Of a stretch of 20,030 bases of DNA, positions 1 to 10,425 are shown piece after piece. The stretch is from Gonapodya sp. JEL0774. Its lineage: Eukaryota. The position numbers were made by a program, and so were the translations under genes. The notes beneath the pieces were generated by a model that searched no databases, had not been told where the DNA came from, and saw only the letters and a list, made by a program, of their open reading frames with translations. Each line of letters begins with the position of its first letter. Within the stretch, counting starts at the first letter, position 1. The DNA lies in NCBI GenBank assembly GCA_027604505.1, contig JADIIX010000055.1, positions 124,001 to 144,030 on the forward strand, written 5' to 3'.

Positions 1-102
1 GGTCCTATGTATTCGAAGGAATCTGGATTGTGGAGTTCTTCGCCTCTGAAAGGTGCATCGCGGTTTTCTGATCTAACGAACGTGATCTGCACCTATACGT
101 AG

Positions 103-3100
103 ACGCAATCTTCCTCCCGCGAGCCCATCGTCTTCTCCTCGGACCTCGTCCTTCCACCAACTACACCTCAAGCCACGGTTTTCAACCATGCAGCCTTGCC
201 GATAGTACAGGATGTTATGCGTGGATACAATGGCACTCTGTTTGCATACGGACAAACAGGGGCTGGCAAAACTTACACGATGATGGGACCAGACATTGAC
301 GGGAGCGAACGAGGTTTGGTTCCGAGAATTGTGGAAAGCGTATTCGGAACAATTGAGTCAAGTCCAGACTGGATGGAGTTCACAGTGAAGTGCAGTTATA
401 TGGAGATATACATGGAGAAAATCAGGGACCTACTCAATCGTGAGTTTTCCATTCTTCAAGACGGATAATGAGAACTCCCGCCCTTAACGTTCCCGTTCCC
501 CGTTCATTCACGCATCTCGTAATCGGACAATGTCAGCATCTTCTGATAGTCTGCCCATTCACGAAGAGAAAGGCCGCGGCGTGTATGTCAAAGGCCTCCT
601 GGAGTGCTACGTCGGTGAGATTGGCGAGGTTTATGAAATCATGAGGAGAGGAATGACAAATAGGCAGACAGCTGAAACAAGTGAGTGGGAATCAACCTTG
701 TCTCGGGGAAATTTTGGAAATTTTGGCGGACTCAGTCAGGGAGCAAACAATTTGCTCATTCGGCATCCATCTATCTCAGACATGAATGAGGCCTCTTCCA
801 GGTCCCACTCCATTTTCCTCCTCACCATTACTCAAAGAAACATTCAAACTGGTGCGAATAAATCTGGCCGTTTGTATCTAGTTGATCTTGCAGGATCAGA
901 GAAAGTGTCGAAGACTGGAGCCTCAGGTCAGGTTCTCGAGGAGGCGAAGAAGATCAACAAAAGTTTAAGTGCACTGGGTAATGTGATCAATGCGCTGACG
1001 GATGGGAAGGTAAGGACAGAAGACTTCGTTTGTGGGGGTTCGAGAGCCCCCTCAATGTCCAGAAATCGCAGTCTTCACACATCCCCTACCGAGATTCCAA
1101 ACTCACGCGTATTCTGCAAGAGTCACTTGGTGGAAACTCCAAGACCACGCTAATTACTTGCTGCTCGCCCTCCACTTCGAATGGTGACGAGACGATTTCT
1201 ACTTTACGATTCGGCACTCGCGCAAAATGCATTCAGAACCGAGCTCATGTCAACATCGAGATGAGTGTCGCTGAGCTCAAGCGAGTTGTAAAGGGCATGA
1301 AGGAGGAGTTGGAGCAGTTACGCGGTTACTCCACAGCATTGGAAGGGGAAGTGCATATTTGGCGTGGTGGTGGGTTGTGTTATCGAATCTTTGCAGTCAA
1401 AGTTGTTCTCATGTATATGCAACGAAGGTGGTAACGTTCCGTTGGAAAAGCAATTGCCTTCACGGGAGAAAGTGAAGGACATGCTCGCAGGTCTTCAAAA
1501 CGTCTCCCAGAATCCTTCATCACCGTCTAGTATTGCACCTCCGCGTCCTTCCTCTGCAGCCTCTGTCACAACTGCCGCCACCATACGTCCCACAACTCCT
1601 ACCTTTCTTGACGATGCCAATTTATCGATGTCGAGCCTTCCCACATTACCATCTGAAGCGGACGATATTTCGGACACACGAGAGAACGAACTTGCAGATC
1701 AGTTAGCCGATAAAGAGAGAGAACTGGAGACCGTACGACGTGAACTAGAGGAGCTTAAAACACGGACTGCCAATACCACTCCTGAAATCTCTGAAACTGA
1801 AAATGTCAACGGTGATGGGGAGAATGTAGAGGAAATGCGAGGCTACATCGAAAAACTTGAGTACGAGTTAAAAGAGCGGGATATTTTGATTGATGGATTG
1901 AGAGAGGCCAAAACTGAAATGGAAGATGAGATTGCTTCGCTGCTGGTAAGTCATCTGGGGAGTATTGTCAACCTAATAGCCAATCGCATATGTTTTTGTT
2001 TTCTTTGAATCGGCTTAACTCAGAGAGATAACGCGGAGTTAGAGGAAGCTCTTGACCGTCAATCGAAAGCAGTTGATCCTTCCGAGAAAGATCAACGAAG
2101 GCTGGAAAAGATGATCAGAGTTGTTGCGGAACTCTCGCCAGGAGTGAGTTGTCTATACTTCTTGCAATATAGGGAGGATGTATGACACGTTTCTGCTCTC
2201 TTCATTGAAGGCTGACCAAGTCTCTCTCGAAGTTCGCGAACATCAAATTAGAGAAGCACTTCAAAGACTTGGGACACTTACGGACTCAGAAGGGAGCACT
2301 CAACTGCCCTCAGCCACTCCATTGCTTGATTCGGGTGGGATGCCTGCTCAGCCGTCCATCGAAATAGACACCCACACATCTGCGGTAACCCCCAAAAGTT
2401 CTGCGAACGGTACTTCGGCGCAAAATGGCTCAACTCACAGCTCAGAGGTATCAGCTCAGCTTGTCATCCTCAAATCCTTGCTTGAGTCATCACAGGCGGA
2501 GAAGGTGGCATTGCAACAACGAATCCTGGAGATGGAAGCTAAATTTGAGAAGCTCGAAGCCGACTACGAAGATTTGCTTCACAACTCCATTGTTGATGAG
2601 GAAGAGAAGGTTGCGAGTGACGATGTGGTGGCAGAGTTAAAGGTTTGCTGAATTGTCCGTTTATGGCCGCAGTTGCCGGCTGTCTCAGTTCCGTTCCTCG
2701 TTGCAGGTCAAAATTGAGGCGCAGTACAATGTGAAACGCGATCAATTACAAAGCGAGCTCGAGTCTACCCGACGTGAACTGCAGAAGAAGGAAGCAGAAC
2801 TCGCTGAAGCGAACGATCTCATTGCAACGCGTGGAAAAGAGCTGGAGGACATGCGCAACATGTTGAGTGAGGCAAGCAAACACGCCGATGTTGCTAAAGC
2901 TCTCGATTTGGCCAAGAGGGAGGAAGAGATTGAAAGGATTAAAAAGCAGATGGTGAGCCCCTAAGATACCGGTGCCTCGCCCACCTAATTTGATCCACAT
3001 CCTCGTTTCCAATGCAGGCGCAACAACTCGTTGAATTTGACGGCATGAAGAAGCGCCTTATGCAAAACTTGCAGCAACGAGTGGATCGGGTCAGTATGCA

Positions 3101-3720
3101 CGTTCCTGTTCTTGGATGATTGCTGTTCAAAATGTTGTGGAACCTTTCTTTAGGTCATCGAGTTGGAAGTGTCTCTTGACGAGACTCGTGAGCAATACAA
3201 CAAAGCTCTGGGTAGTGGTGCGACCCGAGAGCAGCAGCGGAAGCTAGCATTCCTTGAGCGTAACCTCGAGCAGCTCACCACTGTTCAGCAGAAACTCGTC
3301 GAGTCGAACCAGAATCTGAAAAAGGAGCTTACTATGGCTGACCGAAAGCTTGCGGCTAGGAATGAAAGGATACAAACCTTAGAGATCCTGTTGGCAGACA
3401 CTCAGACCAAGTTTAAAGACCAGCAGCACAGGTTGGAATCAATCCAATGGCATTCCTGAGTATTGCATCTGTTAACCGGTCCCCCTCCTTTCATCAGGTT
3501 CGAGGCAGAACTGACAAGTCTCCGACAAAAATTGCAGGAAGCAACCCGTGAGTAGAGAAAGTTGAAGCGTGCTATGGTCCGTACATTAACTTCCGACACG
3601 TATTCAAATTTAGTTGCTGCCCAAGCGAATCCCCAACCCCCGCGTGAAGGTTGGCTTTGGTCTCATAGCAAGATTGCCAAACCTTTGCGCGGGGGAAAGC
3701 AGGCTGTTGGTGTGAGCTGA
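103..3720 (+). CDS. KHC: Kinesin-1 (conventional kinesin heavy chain), 5'-partial; 12 exons in window: 103-439, 537-680, 780-1009, 1072-1369, 1428-1945, 2024-2143, 2211-2642, 2707-2952, 3018-3089, 3154-3431, 3498-3547, 3614-3720
   Basis: Motor motifs are present: GYNGTLFAYGQTGAGKT (P-loop), NMNEASSRSH (switch I), LVDLAGSEKV (switch II) and HIPYRDSKLTRILQESLGGNS. These are followed by a coiled-coil stalk, the fungal tail segment QRKLAFLERNLEQLTTVQQKLV and the autoinhibitory IAK motif KIAKPLRGG. All introns are GT-AG and the exons join in frame (2832 nt). The last few codons are uncertain because a further donor (GTGAGC at 3712) is possible. Confidence 0.95.
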
Positions 3721-3872
3721 GAAGAATCTTGCATAACTCAAAGGACAATACTGAGTATCCACATATAATCATTTATTCCTCAAAGTTCAGTAACGTATTT
3801 TTTGTAATTAAGCATGTCATGCATTATTTTCGATTGTCAAATTTATTACGAGTAAACTTTGGAACAGTTGTT

Positions 3873-5978
3873 TCACACTTTTTCCAAAGCATCAATTGCA
3901 CTACACACTGCAGCCATAAGTTCAACCCCACGCATGTCGCCAGTGACACCTAGACACAAAAAGACTATTGTTCTTGAGCTCTCTCATTGAAAATTTTTCA
4001 TGACTCACCTGGATACAACAGATCTGGAGTGAATCCAACTGCAACGTTGCGCCAAGGGGCTGCAGATATCACGCTGCCTCCTGCTCCTCCCCACCCAACC
4101 CACTCCCATCCTTCACCCTTTCCAATCTCCGGAATAACATTGATTGGTGGCATGGTGGACATGTCGGGCAACAGTTGAGGCACACGTGCACCAGGTCGAC
4201 TCCACATCAAGCCAGCATGCGTTCTTTGCAGGAGATGAACCGTTACAGCAATTCCCCTGGAGTCATCACTTCGGAAGTTCACTCACGTTCGCACCAAATC
4301 CCCCAGAAACAAATCGGGTTTGTCCGTGCGCTCCTCTAAAATTGAGAAGACCAAGGGGATAGAACGGGGGCTGTTCGTATGGAACAAAGAGTTTAATCAC
4401 CTTCCAGTTGGATCGCCTTCCGCCACACTTCTTCAGTCATCAATTGGTATCCATCCTGGGTACCCTTGTTTTGGTTGGTCAGGAAGTTGGCAAGCTTGGC
4501 CAGCTTTCCATTTTCACGTACGGAGTAACGGACGGTTAGCCTCGCCGCATCTGCAATGACTAAACAACAGATGATCGTACCGTAAAAGCATCCGCAATGG
4601 TGCCTGCTGACGGCGTTTGACCCTTCAAGAAGCTCAAACTGTCAGCGAACCATTCGCCTATCACAATGTCATTGTCAATGGAGAAGTTTCCAACAATTCA
4701 CTCATATTGCGCTTACCTTTTGACCTATCAATGTCATCAATGCCAGAGGGCTCAGACAAACCGATTGTCTTCACAAAGATGGAGTCTGGGCCCATTAGCT
4801 GACTGAAGGCCTTGGTCTGCTCGATCATCGCAGGCGATTGTACATTGAAGACGAAGTTGGAAGAGTTGAGTCTGCCATAATCAAAGCCGGGCATTATGAG
4901 TTCGGATCCAAAGACGGAAAGCCTGAAACCCAAACAACGTACAGATCCTCATCGGCGCCGCAGATCCACGAAATGCCGACTGCGGGATTAATCTCCTCTT
5001 TGTAGACTTCCCCCATAGACTTGTGGTCAGGGCGAACGCGACGGAGAATCTCTGCCAGGATCTAGAGCTTCGGACACTGCTGAATATCAGAAGTTGCAGG
5101 TCGATATCTCACCATTGGTAAACCATCCCCTGGTAATGGCGTGATAAGCCTTTGTCGTAACACCCCCAAAATTGTGTGGCTGTCCAGCGATACGAGCGGC
5201 AAGCTTGTCGAGGTTCTTTCAATACCCGAAAGTTAGTGAACGTTTTTGGCGGCATTCAACCGATTCCACACGGTACCAACCTCCGTACGAAGCTGATTCA
5301 CTTCACCTTTGTAGTCAGAGTCAAGCCAGGTAACCCCTCCTGAGTGCTCTGTATGCACCGAAAAGCAAGTAGGTGACAAGAAAATCGTCTGTACGACACG
5401 GTAATGGTAACAAACCCAAGAGCTCCTTTACGGTGACGTTCTCCTTGTTGCCTGCGCCGAATTCAGGCCAAATGGTGGCGATTTTCGTGTCCCAATCGAT
5501 CCATCCCTTGCTTATTGCCTGACAAATGCTGAACGCTTCCTGGAGATGTCACGTAGTGAGCCATGACTTTACCTTGCCGGCTGATAAACGTAACTACTGG
5601 CGGCACTCACTGGAACTTTCCCACTGGAAAACACGACGTGCTTGCTTTTTGATGTGTAGGGACGGGTCTTTTCCTTATCGGCAAACCCTCCAAACAGCTG
5701 AACAACAGGAACGTTGTTGTCTGTCGGACAACCAAGATGTGAGCAGTCCTCACATGCGCAACGCAAACTAGACTCACAAAACACTACTAATCCCGCACCG
5801 AGATTCTCTCCTTGTTCCAGCAGTCGGCGAAACACATCACGCACATTCTCGAAACCTGGATCACAACTTCACAGAGGATAGGGAATGAGGAACGAGAGCA
5901 GAGCGGCAGGAGAGGCGGGAGCTAGATTCGTGGACGAGAAACTCACTTGCCCTCTAGTGGAATATCGTCGACCGTCAT
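3873..5978 (-). CDS. Beta-lactamase-fold serine hydrolase (class C beta-lactamase-related / family VIII carboxylesterase-like), about 436 aa; 13 exons: 5978-5947, 5866-5778, 5720-5611, 5539-5416, 5348-5281, 5215-5113, 5051-4943, 4871-4717, 4657-4581, 4503-4401, 4335-4287, 4223-4009, 3949-3873
   Basis: The spliced translation reads MTVDDIPLEGNCDPGFENVRDVF...GENLGAGLVVFYNNVPVVQLFGGFADK...VVFSSGKV (SxxK)...IDWDTKIATIWPEFGAGNKENVTVKELLEHSGGV...AYHAITRGW (catalytic Tyr motif)...VGWGGAGGS (WGG motif)...GDMRGVELMAAV...EKV*. All 12 introns are GT-AG, 57-80 nt long, and phases are consistent (1311 nt). Confidence 0.9.
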
Positions 5979-7359
5979 GATTGCCGTTCCGAAGAAGACA
6001 CGAACTTGCTGAGAGAATCACGTGTTCGATAATGTGCTGGTCGAGACACAAAATTGAGGTTGGGAATTCCGAACTAGCCAGAAAGAAAGGCGGATATCGA
6101 TCCTCTTCCGAGTTGCTGTTTGAGAAGCGTCGGCACACTTTTGCCCGAGGTGAGGAGTTGTACGGCAGCAGTTGGTCGGGGGATCCAGGACACCACAGCC
6201 TGATCGTCATAAATTATAAGAGAAGAGCTTGACAATGAAGGTATGTACATTAATTTATTTGCATACGGACTCCACTGTTATTTGCAGTATCTCAACTGAG
6301 CACCACCGTCTGTGAATGTGATCACAATGACGACAACCATGAATTACACAAACAATGTTTGCATGTGGTGGACTGAAGTTATGATAAGAAGCGATTCCAG
6401 CGAAAGTACTTGAGCCTCTTCGCGTCACGAAAGCATTCGAACCAAAACTTGCAGCAAGTCGACCAAAGCCCACTACAAAGTCCGCTTCAAAAGTTCCGTC
6501 TTCTCAATGCCAAACTTTCCACAATGTCCTGCTTGCATTACTGTAATGTCACAGGTTTGCGTTTTGACTGGAACTTCCAACAGATTCTTGCGTGACCCTC
6601 CCGCCCCGCGTTCCTGGTGCTTTGCTTTTCGTGTTTTGTTCATTCCTGCCCCTCCCTGCCATGCGCTGTGTTTTTAATTTATAAGACAAATTATGTTTTG
6701 GGCAACATCGCATGGCGATGATTTGGCAATCAAGGGGGGATGACCTGCGCTCCCCACCCCAAGACAAACTGGATAGTTCAAATTCCTCAAGCAGCTGCCC
6801 ATTCAGCGACCCTGCCCCCGCTATCTCATAATCTCGTAGAACAACCCTCTTGAGTGTGCCCCTCCACCGCCGTCGTCCTTTCACGGGCTCGGTCGCTCCG
6901 CCGTTTCATATTTTCATCTGTGGGTAAATAGTTTCCAGCCAAGGCGTATCGGAACTCTGCTAAGGATCTAGGCGGGACTGTGCGCTGTTAGAAAACGATG
7001 CTTGTCGCTCTCCATCGGTGCTGCTTGTGCTGGGATGTGCAGCGTGGTGTGGCATAAGAACGATATCACCCACTCCATCGTTTACACCTTGAGGAGATTG
7101 AACTGACACGGAGCTTTTGACTGGTGATTTGAATGAAAATCACATTCACTGGAAGCCCGAAGACGATGTCACAAACCGGGAATACTGTGTTGTTCTTCCC
7201 CAAATGTGTGAGCTCTCAGGTGATGAAAATGGAGGGTTGTGACTCTTGATGGCAATTCCTTCCCTGCATATTCTGTCGCCTTCGCGTTTTCAGAGAACTT
7301 GACAAGTGCAATGTTCACCTGGCTCGGTCACATTTGCTCTACAGTTTCCAATCACCACC

Positions 7360-10095
7360 ATGCCACCATCAACACTCTTTCTTTACTCTATCGCTCTATC
7401 ACTCCTTCTTAATCTTCTTATCCACCCCACCAGTGCTTTCTACCTTCCTGGCGTTGCCCCTCACGATTATGCACAAGGGGACAGGGTCGACCTACTTGTG
7501 AACCCTTACACATCTCGGGATACAGCCCTCCCATACGATTTTTACCACCCGCAGTTTCACAATTGTGAACCTGAGGGTGGTGCACGTGCAGTTGGAGAAT
7601 CCCTGGGCTCAATCCTGTTCGGTGACCGTCTCTACTCCTCCCGCTTCCAAATTAACGCACTCGAAAACGTCACTTGTGCCAAACTTTGTACCGGCCCTGC
7701 CATCATCCCCCCTGTTGATGCTTCTTTTCTCAATGCCCGTGTCCGAGAAGAGTACTCCCACAACTGGTTTGTGGACGGTCTCCCCGCCGGACACGAAATG
7801 GAAGATCGAGCCACACAGGAGAGATTCTACGAAGTCGGGTTTGCTGTGGGACGAGTGGACAGAACCACAGCAGAGACGCACTTCAACAACCACTTTGACA
7901 TTTACGTCTACTATCATGCGGGAGGGCCTGGAAAGTACAGAGTAGTGGGAGTGCTGGTGTACCCCAGCAGGTGAGAGCTGCGGCATACGTCAGGGTCTCA
8001 TAGTGTGCGAAGTGAATGAATGACCTTTGCGACTTCCTCTCATCTCATCCTCGTTCCACCATATCCGCCGCAGTATCGCCAAATTCACGGACAACTCCTG
8101 CACCCGTGGCACCAGTAGTATGATACTCTCAGAATCGCATGACACCAACGTAGAGTTTACGTACAACGTGTACTGGTTCCCGGGAGACAAGGAGTGGGGC
8201 ACTAGGTGGGACAATTACTTGCACATCCAGGACCCAAGGATTCACTGGTTCAGGTGAGTGTATCATTGTCGATTAATGGTCGGAAGGAAAGAAACTGTAC
8301 AAGTCAGACGGGAGAGGTGAAAGTAGGTGGATATGGTAATAGGACCAGCGCTTGTGAACAGAGCTTCCACTACCGCGGTTGCTTTGATATGGACGGCCCG
8401 AGCTTGTCAACGCCGTTACTGTCGGCAAAAATTCTCTGTTGGAACAGATGACCAATGAACGGACTCGGAAGTGAGCTGGTTTGGGAGCGGACAGGTTTCA
8501 GATATATTTGACTATTCAAATCGTGGTGCGGCCATGCTCCTGAGTTTTCTCTAACACGTTACTCTCCGCAGCTTGATTAACTCCATAGTCGTTGTCCTAT
8601 TTCTCTCCGGCATGGTAGCCGTCGTCCTCCTCCGCGCCCTTCACCGCGACATTGCTCGGTATAATGCCGCCGACGCCGAAGATGCACAGGAGGAGTTTGG
8701 CTGGAAGCTCGTGCACGGAGACGTGTTCAGGCCTCCTCGGGGCTTTTTATGGCTGTCTGTGCTTGTGGGTAACGGTGCGCAGATCGCGTGTATGGCTGGG
8801 GTGACACTCGGTGAGTCGTTGTAGGAATGACCCTAGGATCAATGACAGCTAACATGTTGGCTTGACTGCTGTTCGTTGACACCAGTCTTTGCCGTTCTGG
8901 GCTTCCTGAGTCCTTCTTCCCGCGGCTCACTTTCCACGGTCATGCTGGTGTTCTACGTGTTCTTCGGCTGCGTGGCGGGTTACGTTTCCGCCCGCGTATA
9001 CAAGATGTTCGGTGGTGAGGAGTGGAAGAAGAACGTATTGCTGACTGCACTGTTTGTTCCGGGGTGAGTCACGATTGTCGATTACTCCGCAGTCTTTCCA
9101 TCGAGGGTTAGTGGGACACGTCATCCGGACCTCCAATCTTGCCCCCCTTCTTACTACCAATAGAATTGTGTTCGTCATCTATGTGTTCCTGAACTTCTTC
9201 CTAATTTCAGCCAAATCATCGGGAGCTGTTCCTTTCGGAACTGTTGTGGCGCTGATCGCCATGTGGTTTTTGGTATCGGTACCCCTGTGCTTAGTTGGTG
9301 CATACTTCGGGTTCAAGCAAGCGGTAGGTCTCAGTTGAATGTGTTCAGGGCTCGATTGTTAGCCTTGCTAAAACAAACTCCCAATTCGCCATCAGCGCAT
9401 CGATCAACCAGTACGAACCAACCAAATTCCCCGCCAAATACCAGACCTTCCGTCCTACCTCCGACCCGTTCCCTCAATCCTCATGTCGGGCGTGCTCCCC
9501 TTTGGCGCCATCTTCATCGAGCTCTTTTTCATAATGACGAGCATTTGGTCCCACAGGCTCTACTACGTTTTTGGTTTCCTCGGTGCAGTTTTCTTGGTAC
9601 TCACAGTCACGTGCTCAGAAGTAGCGGTTTTGATGTGCTATTTCCAGCTGTGTGCGGAGGTATGTTGTGACAATGGAATGTCCCCCTCTGCGTATTCTTG
9701 TTGATTAATACTTTGTCATTTTGCGCGTTGCATCTTCTTACAGGACTACAACTGGTGGTGGCGCTCTTTCTTGGCCTCAGGCTCCTCGGCCCTCTACGTC
9801 CTCCTCTACTCGGTGTACTACTTCGCCCATGCTCTTAAATTCACATCATTCACATCTGGTGTACTCTACTTTGGATATATGTTGATTGGGACAGGAATTT
9901 TCTTCGTGGTTACTGGTGCGTAACGGGCGGGTAATTAGTGTTGACCTGTTTCTAATGCGGTCCTAACTTGGACATTGATATTGGTGATAACCATTTCACT
10001 ACACACTGTGGTAACTTCCCATACCAGGTACAATCGGTGTTGTTGCATGCTACATCTTTGTCCGGCAGATTTACGCGTCAATTAAGATTGATTAG
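7360..10095 (+). CDS. EMP70: Transmembrane 9 superfamily (nonaspanin/EMP70-type) protein, about 623 aa; 8 exons: 7360-7970, 8074-8253, 8572-8810, 8886-9063, 9164-9323, 9396-9659, 9744-9915, 10028-10095
   Basis: A signal peptide is followed by AFYLPGVAP, ESLGSILFGDR, WGTRWDNYL, IHWFSLINS, EEFGWKLVHGDVFRPP, PVRTNQIPRQIP and EDYNWWWRSF, and the protein ends in IYASIKID (KxD/E Golgi motif). Exons join in frame (1872 nt). Confidence 0.95.
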
Positions 10096-10425
10096 AAACT
10101 GGCTGTTCTGGTGGTGGATCCAGGACTGTTGAGAGCATTGGGCTAGTGTGCGGGATGCTAAGTATGGGCGGAGCAAAATACATGTGCATCAAATGCTGAT
10201 AGCGTGCAACGAGGAGGGTCGAATCATATAAAGTTCACAACAGAGAGTCGGCAAACAACTCGCGATTTCTCTGGGGCCAGCAGCCCACTATCACGAAGAA
10301 GCTTGATCGAATTCCTTGGTGGATGAACTGAAGAGGAAGAAACGTTACTTGCCAATTCTGAGAATCCCGAGCTTTGATTCACTGCAGTGCGAGATTCTTG
10401 AGGCCTACTTGAAAAAGCAACGGTG

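Noticed and set aside
3873..5978. Antibiotic-resistance gene or bacterial contamination
   Set aside because: The gene has twelve spliceosomal introns and esterase-type YHA/WGG motifs rather than the YxN/KTG motifs of true class C beta-lactamases.
5980..7359. Short ORFs in the divergent intergenic region between the hydrolase and TM9SF
   Set aside because: I found no consistent exon chain or motif. The region is best explained as promoter/5'UTR, possibly with a UTR intron ending at 7344.
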